A stretch of 64,000 bases of DNA from Eledone cirrhosa (GCA_964016885.1 OZ024764.1:9238001-9302000), one strand, 5' to 3'. Positions 14,358 through 27,563 are shown, counted from the stretch's first letter. Translations and numbers: made by a program. The notes: a model not told the origin generated them from the sequence alone.

Positions 14358-14376
14358 GAAACACATACATACAGAC

Positions 14377-14409
<33 letters not shown>

Positions 14410-14428
14410 GAAACACACATACATACAG

Positions 14429-14461
<33 letters not shown>

Positions 14462-14480
14462 GAAACACATACATACAGAC

Positions 14481-14511
<31 letters not shown>

Positions 14512-14530
14512 GAAACACACATACATACAG

Positions 14531-14561
<31 letters not shown>

Positions 14562-14902
14562 GAAACACGTACACACAGATATATATATATATATACACAG
14601 AAACACATACATACAGATATATATATATATATACACAGAAACACATACATACAGACATATATATATATATATATAGACACACAGAAACACACATACATAC
14701 AGACATATATATATATATATATATAGACACACAGAAACACACATACATACAGACATATATATATATACACACAGAAACACAGACATATATATATATATAT
14801 AGACACACACAGAAACACACATACATACAGATATATATATATATACACACAGAAACACATACATACAGATATATATATATATAGACACACACATACATAC
14901 AG

Positions 14903-14941
<39 letters not shown>

Positions 14942-14994
14942 GAAACACACATACATACATACATATATATATATATACACACACAGAAACACAC

Positions 14995-15047
<53 letters not shown>

Positions 15048-15142
15048 GAAACACACGTACATACAGATATATATAGACACACACAGAAACACACATACAT
15101 ACAGATGTATATATATATATATATATACACACAGAAACATAC

Positions 15143-15181
<39 letters not shown>

Positions 15182-15452
15182 CACAGGAACACACATACAT
15201 ACAGATATATATATATAGACACACACAGAAACACACATACATAGAGATATATATATATATATATATATACACAGAAACACATACATACATACAGACATAT
15301 ATATATATATATATAGACACACAGAAACACACATACATACAGACATATATATATACACACACACAGAAACACACATACATACAGACATATATATATAGAC
15401 ACACACAGAAACACACATACATACAGACATATATATATATATATATATATAT
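13890..15452. repeat. compound (TA)n/(CA)n microsatellite with acagaaacacacatacatacag units
   Basis: Visible low-complexity array; source of several spurious ORFs. Confidence 0.95.
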
Positions 15453-15638
15453 GGCGGTGGATTGGCAGTATCGGTAGAGGGTCGGACGCCATGCTTTGCA
15501 GCAAAGAGTTACGGCCCTTTATGGTCTGAGTTCAAATCCCGCCGAGGTTAACTTTGCCTTTCATCCTTAGGGGGTCGATAAAATAAAGTACCAGTAATAC
15601 ACTGGGATAATTGCTGGCCTTGTGTCAAAAGTAGAAAC
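15453..15638 (+). mobile_element. SINE family 1
   Basis: ggcggtggattggcagtatcggtagag...agtagaaac. Confidence 0.82.
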
Positions 15639-15716
15639 ACATACATATATATATATATATAGACACACACAGAAACACATACATACAGACGTATACATAC
15701 AGACAGTCTAACGTAC

Positions 15717-15874
15717 CAGTGGTACAAGGGGAATCGGAATTCTTGGTAGTCATAAACGGCAAAAGATCATCTTCGTGTGACAACATATAGTTGGCTGTCT
15801 GAGTTCGGAGGGTGGTGTAGTGGCTGGGCTGCATGTGCTTCAGTGTTAGCTGGTGACAGATGGCATTATAGAGG
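15717..15874 (-). CDS. OTUD6B: OTUD6B-like exon 6 (C|LYNAICHQL...LRTQTANYMLSHEDDLLPF...)
   Basis: cttccAG acceptor, GTACGT donor, 158 nt; completes the DGNCLY motif. Confidence 0.93.
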
Positions 15875-15939
15875 CTGGAAGAGATAGAGAGAGAGGTTGA
15901 TAGTGGTGGTCTGGTGGTGTGGTGAGGTGTGGTGGCATA

Positions 15940-16610
15940 TCTCCTTATAATATATAACCAGCAATTTCTCTGTCTGTCTGTCTGTCCGACGCGTAGAGAG
16001 AGAGAGTGTGAGTGAAAGAAAGAGACGGACTACAAGAGGGGGATAGCGGGAGGGAGAGAGAGAGAGAGAGACGCTGGAAGAAGGGAAGGAAAGCTATGTC
16101 TTGCTGTCTGCATTACGATACATATATACACACACACTGAGCGCGTCATAATGACGTAATGCAGACAGTCAGACATACAGACAGATATTATAAGGGCGCA
16201 ACGTTATATCTATGTATCTATCTAAAAAGAAAGACTAAGAATTATAAAGAGAGAACGCTAAATCGCCTAATGCGGTCCCTAGAGCATTGAAAATTTGAAA
16301 TAATTTTTGCTCAAAACACTCACAGGACCGTAAGTATTACATGTCTAAAGTTTGAAAACAATCGGTTGGATGGTTCTCAAGTTTTAGTGAGCTGACAGAC
16401 AGACAGACATTCTCTGTTTTAGATATATAGACTAGCAGAAAACCGCCCATCAGGTGGTTTTCTGCTAGTCTATATATCTAAAACTGAGGATGTCTGTCTT
16501 TGTGTGTGTGAGTTCGAATCCCTAAAACTAGAGAACCACCCAACCGACTGTTTTCAAACTTTACACATGTAATACTTATGTTTCAGGGAGTGTTCTGAGC
16601 AAAATCACCC
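15940..16610. mobile_element. Helitron-like (HINE/DINE-type) non-autonomous fragments in back-to-back orientation
   Basis: (gtct)n tracts. 16150-16430 is the reverse complement of 25680-25950. Palindrome actagcagaaaacc-gcccatcaggt-ggttttctgctagt at 16431-16469. Confidence 0.55.
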
Positions 16611-16952
16611 TCCTTGGTGAGGAGGGTGATTTTGGACATCCTGCTGGAGGAAAAAACAAAACCCATCAAACGGCGGAGGAACTCAGGAGAGTCAACAGCC
16701 ATCCAATAAAGTATTTTTTTGTGGAGCAAGAGACCCCCTAGTCTTCATTAAGACATCTCTCTAGAAGGTCACTCTCATATAAAAACTGTGACTTCATTTT
16801 CATCCAAAGGTGCAGACCAGTTCTTTTTGGGAAAATACATTCGATGTTCAGAGAGTGGGATTGACCCCATGCAAACCCTTTCCTCACTTAAAAAAGCTTC
16901 AAGTACAGACATCGCTTGATATGTGACATTGCTGGCCATAGGCAAGTCCCTA

Positions 16953-17292
16953 TCATCATTTCATTTCATTTTACGTCCGCTTTTTCCCTGCTTGCAAGGG
17001 TGGGACGGGAACTGATTCTGGCTTGATTTCTACAGCTGGATGCCCTTCCTAACACCAACCTCATTTACAGTGAGTGCTGGGTGCTTTTTTGCCGTGGCAC
17101 CTCCACGACCACTTTGCAGTGGAATGATAGGGACCCCAGTCCCTATCATCTCATTTCCACAGCTGAGTAAACTGGAGCAATGTGAAATAAAGTGTCTTGC
17201 TCAAGGAAACAACACATCACCCGGTCTGAGAATTGAACTCACAACCTTTCGATTGCAAGGCCAATGCTCTAACCACTAAGCCATGTGCCTCC
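16953..17292 (-). mobile_element. SINE family 2
   Basis: Near-identical to 9683-10013. Confidence 0.85.
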
Positions 17293-17603
17293 CTAGCAGG
17301 ACTAAAAAGCCACGCCCGTGATGTTCATGCTTAAGTATCAAGCAATGGCTTTACTTGAAATCAAGTTGCAGCCATCATATAAATGTCCTACATATGATGT
17401 TGTCCAAGGGAAAGACAATGGCTGATACAGATTAGCACCAATGACATCGCAACTCATTTCTACAGCTGAGTAAACTGGAGTAATGTGAAATAAAGTGTCT
17501 TGCTCAAGAACACAACACATCACCCAGTCTGGGAATGGAACTCACAACCTCACAATTACCATATATACCTGAAACAAAGCCAACGGTTATTTGTTTGACT
17601 CAC

Positions 17604-17623
17604 CAGTTGCCATCGGAAGGAAT
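17604..17623 (-). CDS. OTUD6B: OTUD6B-like exon 5, 20-nt microexon (IPSDGN+TG of catalytic Cys)
   Basis: ttaacAG|ATTCCTTCCGATGGCAACTG|GTGAGT; needed to join phase-0 exon 4 to exon 6 and supplies the OTU DGNC catalytic loop. Confidence 0.9.
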
Positions 17624-17734
17624 CTGTTAATAGAAAAAATATATACCCTGGTAAATACAGAGGTGTATAAATATATACACAAATTATTTAATAACATATT
17701 AATATATACCCTGGTAAATATAGAGGTATTGTGA

Positions 17735-18965
17735 TAAAATACACCCTGTACACTCTGTAAAGTGATAGTGTTGGTGTCATGATAAAATACACCCAGTACA
17801 CTCTGTAAAGTGGTAGTGTTGGTGACATGATAAAATACACCCAGTACACTCTGTAAAGTGGTAGTGTTGGTGTCATGCTATAATACACCCAGTACACTCT
17901 GTAAAGTGGTATTGTTAGTGTCATGATAAAATACACCCAGTACACTCTGTAAAGTGGTATTGTTAGTGTCATGATAAAATACACCCAGTACACTCTGTAA
18001 AGTGGTATTGTTAGTGTCATGATAAAATACACCCAGTACACTCTGTAAAGTGGTATTGTTAGTGTCATGATAAAATACACCCAGTACACTCTGTAAAGTG
18101 GTATTGTTAGTGTCATGATAAAATACACCCAGTACACTCTGTAAAGTGGTATTGTTAGTGTCATGATAAAATACACCCAGTACACTCTGTAAAGTGGTAT
18201 TGTTAGTGTCATGATAAAATACACCCAGTACACTCTGTAAAGTGGTATTGTTAGTGTCATGATAAAATACACCCAGTACACTCTGTAAAGTGGTAGTGTT
18301 GGTGTCATGCTATAATACACCCAGTACACTCTGTAAAGTGGTATTGTTAGTGTCATGCTATAATACACCCAGTACACTCTGTAAAGTGGTATTGTTAGTG
18401 TCATGATAAAATACACCCAGTACACTCTGTAAAGTGGTATTGTTAGTGTCATGATAAAATACACCCAGTACACTCTGTAAAGTGGTATTGTTAGTGTCAT
18501 GATAAAATACACCCAGTACACTCTGTAAAGTGGTATTGTTAGTGTCATGATAAAATACACCCAGTACACTCTGTAAAGTGGTATTGTTAGTGTCATGATA
18601 AAATACACCCAGTACACTCTGTAAAGTGGTAGTGTTGGTGTCATGCTATAATACACCCAGTACACTCTGTAAAGTGGTAGTGTTGGTGTTATGATAAAAT
18701 ACACCCAGTGCACTCTGTAACGTGGTAGTGTTGGTGTTATAATAAAATACACCCAGTACACTCTGTAAAGTGGTAGTATTGGTGTTACAATAAAATACAC
18801 CCAGTACACTCTGTAAAGGGGTAGTATTGGTATTACATAAAATACACCCAGTACACTCTGTAAAGTGGTAGTGTTGCTGTCATGATATAATACACCCAGT
18901 ACACTCTTTAAAGTGGTAGTGCTGGTGTTACAATAAAATACACCCAGTACACTCTGTAAAGTGGT
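17735..18965 (-). repeat. 48-bp minisatellite (intron 4)
   Basis: Unit atgataaaatacacccagtacactctgtaaagtggtattgttagtgtc; inverted relative of the 19430-21450 array. Confidence 0.95.
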
Positions 18966-18975
18966 CGGTACTTAC

Positions 18976-19113
18976 CTCATGTACACACAGGTTCAAATCT
19001 TCCAAAATGTTGCGAAGTTTCTCCGACTCCAGGTGACGGTCGCCATGGAGATTCGCCAATTCCTGTTCTTTGATTCTCCTCTCTCGTTCCTTCTCCTCGG
19101 CTGCTTTCTTGTC
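18976..19113 (-). CDS. OTUD6B: OTUD6B-like exon 4 (DKKAAEEKERERRIKEQE...LNLCVHE)
   Basis: ctgcAG acceptor, GTAAGT donor, 138 nt, charged coiled coil typical of OTUD6B. Confidence 0.92.
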
Positions 19114-19429
19114 CTGCAGAGGGAGAGGGTGGAATGATGTCAGACAGAACAGAGAGGGTAAGACAACGACAGTAACAACAACAACGTCAACCACACTCAC
19201 CACAGGGGTGTAGGGTATGTTTACATCACACCACCACCACCACCCTCACCACACAATTGCCCCCCATACCCAGGAGTCATCATCATCATCGTTTAACATC
19301 TATCTTCTACACTAGCATGGGTTGGACAGGTTTGTCCCTTTTTGAGGCAAGATCAGTTGGGTGACCGTGTCTCACTCGTACAGAACTGATTCTGGCTGAT
19401 TTTCTACGGCTGGATGCCCTTCCTAACAC

Positions 19430-21455
19430 CAACCACATTTACAGTGTGGACTGGGAGCCTTTTTACCATGTCATCTACTTGATCACTTTACAGTGTGGAC
19501 TGGGAGCCTTTTTACCGTGTCTCCTACATGACCACTTTTCAGTGTGGACTGGGAGCCTTTTTACTGTGACACCTACATGACCACCTTACAGTGTGGACTG
19601 GGAGCCTTTTTACTGTTTCACCTACATGACCACTTTACAGTGTGGACTGGGAGCTTTTTGTTGTGACACCTACATGACCACTTTACAGTGTAGACTGGGT
19701 ACTTGTTGTGACACCTACATGACCACTTTACAGTGTGGACTGGGTACTTTTTGTTGTGTCACCTACATGACCACTTTACAGTGTGGACTGGGTGCTTTTT
19801 GTTGTGACACCTACATGACCACTTTACAGTGTGGACTGGGTACTTTTTGTCATGACACCTACATGACCACTTTACAGTGTGGACTAGGTACTTGTTGTTG
19901 TGACACCTACATGACCACTTTACAGTGTGGACTGGGAGCCTTTTTACCGTGTCACCTACATGATCACTTTACAGTGTGGACTGGGTGCTTTTTGTTGTGA
20001 CACCTACATGACCACTTTACAGTGTGGACTGGGTACTTGTTGTTGTGACACCTACATGACCACTTTACAGTGTGGACTGGGTACTTGTTGTTGTGACACC
20101 TACATGACCACTTTACAGTGTGGACTGGGAGCCTTTTTACCGTGTCACCTACATGATCACTTTACAGTGTGGACTGGGTACTTGTTGTTGTGACACCTAC
20201 ATGACCACTTTACAGTGTGGACTGGGTACTTTTTGTCATGACACCTACATGACCACTTTACAGTGTGGACTGGGTACTTTTTGTCATGACACCTACATGA
20301 CCACTTTACAGCGTGGACTGGGTACTTGTTGTTGTGACACCTACATGACCACTTTACAGTGTGGACTGGGTACTTTTTGTCATGACACCTACATGACCAC
20401 TTTACAGTGTGGACTGGGTGCCTTTTTACCGTGTCACCTACATGATCACTTTACAGTGTGGACTGGGTACTTGTTGTTGTGACACCTACATGACCACTTT
20501 ACAGTGTGGACTGGGTACTTTTTGTCATGACACCTACATGACCACTTTACAGTGTGGACTGGGTACTTTTTGTCATGACACCTACATGACCACTTTACAG
20601 CGTGGACTGGGTACTTGTTGTTGTGACACCTACATGACCACTTTACAGTGTGGACTGGGTACTTTTTGTCATGACACCTACATGACCACTTTACAGTGTG
20701 GACTGGGTACTTTTTGTGGTGACACCTACATGACCACTTTACAGTGTGGACTGGGTACTTTTTGTTGTCACCTACATGACCACTTTACAGTGTGGACTGG
20801 GTACTTTTTGTCATGACACCTACATGACCACTTTACAGTGTGGACTGGGTACTTTTTGTCATGACACCTACATGACCACTTTACAGTGTGGACTGGGTAC
20901 TTTTTGTTGTCACCTACATGACCACTTTACAGTGTGGACTGGGTACTTTTTGTCATGACACCTACATGACCACTTTACAGTGTGGACTGGGTACTTTTTG
21001 TGGTGACACCTACATGACCACTTTACAGTGTGGACTGGGTACTTTTTGTTGTCACCTACATGACCACTTTACAGTGTGGACTGGGTACTTTTTGTCATGA
21101 CACCTACATGACCACTTTACAGTGTGGACTGGGTACTTTTTGTCATGACACCTACATGACCACTTTACAGTGTGGACTGGGTACTTTTTGTTGTCACCTA
21201 CATGACCACTTTACAGTGTGGACTGGGTACTTTTTGTCATGACACCTACATGACCACTTTACAGTGTGGACTGGGTACTTTTTGTGGTGACACCTACATG
21301 ACCACTTTACAGTGTGGACTGGGTACTTTTTGTTGTCACCTACATGACCACTTTACAGTGTGGACTGGGTACTTTTTGTGGTGACACCTACATGACCACT
21401 TTACAGTGTGGACTGGGTACTTTTTGTTGTCACCTACATGACCACTTTACAGTGG
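19430..21455 (+). repeat. ~48-bp minisatellite grown out of an RTE/SINE tail element starting ~19278
   Basis: Unit cactttacagtgtggactgggtactttttgttgtgacacctacatgac directly follows ggatgcccttcctaacaccaaccacat. Confidence 0.95.
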
Positions 21456-21847
21456 ACAAAAGTGGGAGGATGGAATAGGGGTGTGTGGGGTGGGGTGTAT
21501 GTTGGGTTAAGAGGTGCCTACTGACTGTAGGTTTAAGTTTATATGCAAGGGAAAGCGGGTCTTCTGTATAGCTGCAAAGCGCCAAAGATCTTGATCCAGT
21601 GACATAGAGTGTATGTATAACTTTCGACACCACCACCCTCACCACACAAAGTCCCCCACCCCTAGGGGTGTAGGCTAAATACAACATCCAACATCAGCAT
21701 CCTCACCCCAGAGGGCTGTAGGGTATGTATATACCTCACAACACCACCACAATAGTCCCTACCCTTGGGGTATGAGGTATACATAATTTCCAATGCCACC
21801 TCCCTTACCACATGATGTCTGTCTCCCACCCTGGGGCGAGAACTTAC

Positions 21848-21958
21848 CCTACGTTTCTGTGCTTTGGATATTTTCCTCACGGTCTCTGTCTGTCCATCGT
21901 TGGGGGGGTCATCTTCAGTGGTCAGTTGAGCGACACCCTGGGACACCTCCTCCACACA
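21848..21958 (-). CDS. OTUD6B: OTUD6B-like exon 3 (CVEEVSQG...RKISKAQKRR)
   Basis: ctctacAG acceptor, GTAAGT donor, 111 nt; SKAQKRR motif of the OTUD6B/Otu2 family. Confidence 0.92.
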
Positions 21959-22336
21959 CTGTAGAGACAGATAGATAGATATAAAATACAACACCACATA
22001 CCATAACACACTACACCACACTACACAACACCACACTGCAGACCATAACACTCTACACCACACTACACTAAACTAAACCACACCACACAGCAGACCATAA
22101 CACACTACACTACACTACACCACACCACACCACACACACAGATCTTACTACACCACACTACACTACACTAAACTACACTACACCAAACTATACAACACTA
22201 CACCAAACTATACAACACTACACAACACCACAAAGGTCTTACTACACCACACCACAGACACACCACACAAGTCATACTACACTACACCATACTACAGACA
22301 TACCCCACACCACAAGACCACCTAAGACCAACATAC

Positions 22337-22488
22337 CTCCTTCTCATCAGTAGCAGCAGTTAACTTAATTAACTCCCCTTCATGTTTGCTCTTCAGTTCC
22401 TCTTCAAGTCTCCCAATCTCATCTGCTGCCTCTTTTTTCCGTTTCTTGTCTCCTTTTGGTACAGAATGTTTAATCTTTTGTATCTGGG
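22337..22488 (-). CDS. OTUD6B: OTUD6B-like exon 2 (AQIQKIKHSVPKGDKKRKKE...KHEGEL...EKE)
   Basis: ttgcAG acceptor, GTATGT donor, 152 nt, phase 1->0. Confidence 0.93.
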
Positions 22489-22734
22489 CTGCAACAGAAC
22501 CACACAAGTCAATGTTTGATACAGTTGGTGTTGTTGTTATTGGTGGTGGTGTTGTTAGTGGTGGTGGTGTGGTTGTTGTTGTTGTTGGTAGTGGTGGTGT
22601 TACTGTTGTTGTTGTTGTTGGTGGTGGTAGTTTTGTTACTATTGATGTTGTTAATTTAGGTACAGAGTTAGGTTTTATGATTTAAAGTTAGATTTAGGGG
22701 TTAAAGTTAGGTTTAGGTTAGGAAATGGGGCACC

Positions 22735-23815
22735 TCTGAAGGTTACTCGATAGAGTGCGTAGCTCAGAGATCAGAGAGTCACTCCAGGTAGAGCCATTAC
22801 TTCTCTGAATTGAGATATCACAGCTCTGATACTACAGACATGTGGTTAGAATGTTTGAGGAAAGAATCCCTGAATTGAGAGATCACAGCTCTGATACTAC
22901 AGATATGTGGTTAGAATGTCTGAGGAAAGAATCCCTGAATTGAGAGATCACAGCTCTGATACTACAGACATGTGGCTAGAATATCTCAGGAAAGAATCTC
23001 TGAATTGAGAGATCACAGCTCTGATACTACAGACATGTGGTTAGAATGTCTGAGGAAAGAATCTCTGAATTGAGAGATCACAGCTCTGATACTACAGACA
23101 TGTGGTTAGAATACAAGTAGCCGAAATGGAGTTCCTCCGAAGGGTCTCTAGAGTAACGTTACTCGATAGAGATCAGAGAGTAACTCCAGGTAGAGCAGCT
23201 ATTCCTCCCAATTGAGAGATCACAGCTCTGATACTATGGACATGTGGTTAGAATGTCTCAGGAAAGAATCTCTGAATTGAGAGATCACATCTCTGATACT
23301 ACAGACATGTGGTTAGAATGTCTCAGGAAAGAATCTCTGAATTGAGAGATCACAGCTCTGATACTACAGACATGTGGTTAGAATGTCTCAGGAAAGAATC
23401 TCTGAATTGAGAGATCACAGCTCTGATACTACAGACATGTGGTTAGAATGTCTGAGGAAAGAATCTCTGAATTGAGAGATCACAGCTCTGATACTATGGA
23501 CATGTGGTTAGAATGTCTCAGGAAAGAATCTCTGAATTGAGAGATCACAGCTCTGATACTATGGACATGTGGTTACAATGTCTCAGGAAAGAATCTCTGG
23601 ACAGATTTTACAGGGGTCAAAAGTAACTCGCAGGAGACCCAGAGGTAGACCCTGAATAAGCTGGTTGGATAACATATATGAGCTTGGCTGGTCTCGCTTG
23701 GGGATCCAGCCGGATCAGTTGGAGACGGTCGCTTCTAACAGGACCCTTTGGAGGGAGTGTTTGAGGACTCTTCCCCCGTGATCCGCTCAGGAATAAGTGA
23801 GCGAAGAAGACAGAA
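22735..23815 (+). mobile_element. RTE LINE 3' fragment with internal 65-bp minisatellite
   Basis: Unit aattgagagatcacagctctgatactacagacatgtggttagaatgtctcaggaaagaatctctg derives from IERSQLRYYGHVVRM, followed by RRPRGRP..SWLDNI..NRTLWR (RTE C-terminus). Confidence 0.8.
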
Positions 23816-23839
23816 GGAAAAAAAATTAGAAATATTTAC

Positions 23840-23909
23840 CTTGCAGGAATTTCTTCTCTTTGCGGTGTTTAGCTAATAAATCCTCTTCTGTAACAATATC
23901 ATCCTCCAT
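23840..23909 (-). CDS. OTUD6B: OTUD6B-like exon 1 (MEDDIVTEEDLLAKHRKEKKFLQ)
   Basis: ATG at 23909-23907, HRKEKKxLQ family motif, G|GTAAAT donor. The nine exons sum to 906 nt = 301 aa plus stop. Confidence 0.92.
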
Positions 23910-24199
23910 CTCTATCTAAACCTCTCCTAAATTCTATATTTTTCCCCTTCTGAAAGATTTCAGCACATGTATGAGAACTCTTTTATCCTGAAGGGGATTA
24001 AATCTCCCGGCCGGTGAAGAGCGAATATAATCTCCTTTTGAATAAATGTGACAACAACTGTCGCTGTTAATTTTGTAATTGGAATACATTTATGTTATTA
24101 TTTATGTATCTTTGTAAATAAAATAATCTATAATTTTAGTAAATCGATAACAATTCTTCGATTAATTGAAATAGAGTGTATTCCATTCCAAATACGTTC

Positions 24200-24635
24200 A
24201 CGAAGACGTTCCTACTTCGATTCCTGGACTGGGTTGTGTGTTGTGATCTTCATTTCACGTTGCTCCAGTATATTCAGCTGAAAATGGGTACCAGTAATAG
24301 CTGGAGGTTTAACCCTGCGATAGACTAGTGTCCTGTCCAGGGGGTCAGTCTCTTAACACTAATGAAACCAGGATAAGCACTGGTCTGATGAGTCTCTGTG
24401 AAGGACTGGTGTCGTGTCCAGGGGGAAGTCTCGCACTCTCAGTCACTTAACACCAATGAAACTAAGACAGACTTTAACCCTGTGGTGGACTAGAGGCCTG
24501 TCCAGGTGGAAGTCTTGTTCCCTCAGTCACTTAATAACCAAGGAAACTAAGACAGACTTTAACCCTGTGATGGACTGGTGTCCTGTCCAGTGGGAAGTCT
24601 TGTTCTCTCAGTCACTTAACACCGATGTGTGTGAA
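24200..24635 (+). mobile_element. degenerate SINE-like element with ~73-bp internal duplications
   Basis: ttaaccctgcgatagactagtgtcctgtccaggggg...gaaaccaggataagc core, repeated in part three times. Confidence 0.5.
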
Positions 24636-24689
24636 AGATATTGATCGATAAACAGATAGACAGACAGACTGACAGATAGGTAGAAAGAT

Positions 24690-25310
24690 ATATTTCTTTA
24701 TTAGCCACAAGGGCGCACAAGAAAAGGGGACAATACAAAGACATGTCGGGGATTTTACATACAATCGTGTAAAAATATTATTAAAACAAACAATTACAAC
24801 AATCGAAATCCCCAATAGGGGGGAGGCGCCACAAATGAGTTGTTTAATACCCCGTAGATAGAACAACCCTCAACTCCAGGAGCGTGTTGTGCAAGTGCTC
24901 CTTTTTTCCTTTCGCTCTCTTCTTCAACCTACAGGTTTATATACAGAGAAGGCCCAATCACTCGGGCCATTTTTGTCACATTCATCCACCTTTCAGTAAA
25001 TTTACTGGGGTGCAGTGCCTCTCTCTCCACTCTGATTCTCCTTCTAAAGTGATACCTAAAGAAGGGAATGAGTTGTTGTCCGGAGAGAAAGGCATCTGTC
25101 CTCAGTCCTCTCAATCTCGTCCACCATATAACCTCTTTCACCATAGCCACTATACAGAGGAAAACCGCTTCTCTTTCGTTTTTGAAAGAAGTTGGCGGTT
25201 TGATCCTTATTATGGACTCGGCAGTCAATTGGATTTGTCCCATACGCGGCAGCAGTTGTTCTGCATAGTTCCACAGGTCGCTTACGCCCGGGCAGTGTAC
25301 AATTGCGTGA
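24690..25310 (-). mobile_element. L1/Tx1-type LINE 3' end (ORF2 C-terminus plus 3'UTR)
   Basis: HAIVHCPGVSDLW...KEVIWWTR...KFTERW resembles the HxxxxC..W / IWxxR C-terminus of Tx1/L1 ORF2. AATAAA near the 3' end. Confidence 0.7.
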
Positions 25311-25512
25311 TAGATAGATAAATAGATAGAGAAGTAGAGAGAGAAAGATGACAAGGAAAGCAACGAAAGGTCAGCACAGTTATAGATGTGAGAGGTCAGA
25401 AAGTTCTTTGGTACCCTTGAAATATATATAATAAAATAAATATGGTTTTATAAATATAGTTTCCATTTATTAATATCATTGATATCTTTGATATTATACT
25501 CCAGGAAATTTG

Positions 25513-25670
25513 TAGAGTGCTTCAAATCTGTTATAATAAATAAATTTGTTGAATTACCAGCAAATTAAATATCTCTTTGCTTATATATATGTATATGTAT
25601 AAGCAAAGAGATATTTAATTTGCTGGTAATTCAACAAATTTATTTATTATAACAGATTCGAAGCACTCTA
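25513..25670. repeat. near-perfect palindrome (~70-bp arms)
   Basis: tagagtgcttcaaatctgttataataaataaatttgttgaattaccagcaaattaaatatctctttgcttata ... and its reverse complement. Confidence 0.85.
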
Positions 25671-25677
25671 AAGCAGA

Positions 25678-26133
25678 ATATATCTAAAACAGAGAATGTC
25701 TGTCTGTCTGTCTCCCTAAAACTCGAGAACCACCCAACCGATTGTTTTCAAACTTTACACATGTAATACTTATGGTCCTGTGTGTGTTTTGAGCAAATTT
25801 CAAATTTTCAATGCCGTAGGGGCCGCATTAGGCGATTTAGCGATCTCTCTCTATAATTCTTAGTCTTTCTTTTTAGATAGATACGTAGATATAACGTTGC
25901 ACCCTTATAATATCTGTCTGTATGTCTGGCTGTCTGCATTACGACATTATGATGCTATATGTGTGTGTGTGTGTGTATATATATATGTATATATAGTGTG
26001 TGTGTATATATACATATAGCGTGTAACGTTTTTCGAAATATTTACTTCTGCGTTCACAGATTGATTTTTTTAGTTTCAGAAGATCCCGTTAAGGGTGAAA
26101 GCATCGATTCTTTGCTTAAACTTTAATCTGTTA

Positions 26134-26223
<90 letters not shown>

Positions 26224-26481
26224 AATAATAAGGGTTGACGGACCCAGCATATTTATCAATGCCAGTACCGGTTGTATCTCAGCGCACTCAATGGGCAATG
26301 TAAGATACATTACCAGAGTATACACATAGTTATTTGCCTCAACACAACACAACAAACGGGTGCCTATAAGGTTCCTGGGCTCGAGTTTCTGCCGCACTAA
26401 TGCAGCAGTAAGGTGCACTGCACGATCTGTCTGCATATATTATGCAACAATGTACAATCGGCTTATGCGGCTTCATCAGCG

Positions 26482-26544
<63 letters not shown>

Positions 26545-26850
26545 GCGTACAGATATTTTTGCATATATATATATATATATAATTATATATTCGTGTACAG
26601 ATATTTTTGCATACATATATACAAACAAAATATAAACAAAAGTATTTATTTCGCGATAAAGTATTGATTTTCTTCGCACGGAAAAAAAAAACCTGGTAAT
26701 CTACGACGAATTTCTTTTATAGGCACAAAATGTAGACACGATCCCGAGGCCGAGGTATTCCGTACTTCTCTGTACTGTTTCAGAAAGGAGGGATAAACAT
26801 GCCATTCTATGATTAGATAACCCCGAGCAACGCCGGGTCATTCTGCTAGT
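25678..26850 (+). mobile_element. non-autonomous Helitron-like element with nested insertions
   Basis: 5' tatctaaaacagagaatgtctgtctg; 3' hairpin ccc(c)gagcaacgccggg followed by tcattctgCTAG|t. Confidence 0.55.
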
Positions 26851-26852
26851 AC

Positions 26853-27058
26853 ATATTAAAATAACAGATTAAAGTTTAAGCAAAGAATCGCTGCTTTCAC
26901 CCTTAACGGGATCTTCTAAAAGTAAAAAAATGTGAAAGCCGCGATTCTTTGCTTAAACTTTAATCTGTTATTTTAATAAATATTTGCTCTAGGGTTCTTA
27001 TATATTTGATATATATTTATCCTTATCGAGCCTTCTTCGGATTTTAGTCTTCACATTT
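26853..27058. mobile_element. family B Penelope-like pLTR in inverted (head-to-head) configuration
   Basis: attaaaataacagattaaagtttaagcaaagaatcgc is followed by its reverse complement plus the 3' tail. Same arrangement at 37818-38000. Confidence 0.6.
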
Positions 27059-27433
27059 ATATATATATATATATATATATATAATTTAATTTAATATATA
27101 TCATTTAATTTAATTTCTTGTTATAGATCTAGATTCCTTGTAGTTTTAAAATTTTACTTTCCTTCGTTTTTAACATTATTCTTTAATAACATCAAATTTC
27201 CGTGTACCCTTCACAGGTTTGACCTCTTTTCATCACCAAAATATTCTTTTCATTCAAAGTATTCTTTCCATTCAAAACATAAGTCGGCACTCCTCTACCC
27301 CGAAATTAAATTTTTACAACAACTATTCTATCAACTTGACCTCTTACTATTTTTATATTGGTCAATTCAAAACCTGTTCCCAAACAGACCTATTATATTA
27401 AATCTTTGTTGGTTTTTTTTCAATAAACAAATC

Positions 27434-27563
27434 TCATCATTTCTGAAGACAGCATATATTGGTGAAGGTATGTATATTTCCACTGATAGTTTGTAATATT
27501 TTTTACATAGATTTTTACATACCAACACACATATATATCCTAGAAACGATCGTAAAATGATGA
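27434..27563 (+). ncRNA. hammerhead ribozyme motif with long domain II (family C)
   Basis: TCATCATTT-CTGAAGA-[93 nt]-GAA-ACGATCGT-A-AAATGATGA: 9-bp perfect helix I, palindromic helix III, GUA cleavage triplet. Confidence 0.65.

Noticed and set aside
17688-21384. Repeat-peptide ORFs (YRVYWVYFIMT; Cys-rich MTTLQCGLGTFCCDTY, also at 33000-35850)
   Set aside because: 48-bp minisatellites in OTUD6B introns and intergenic DNA with frequent frame changes; not metallothionein- or keratin-like genes.
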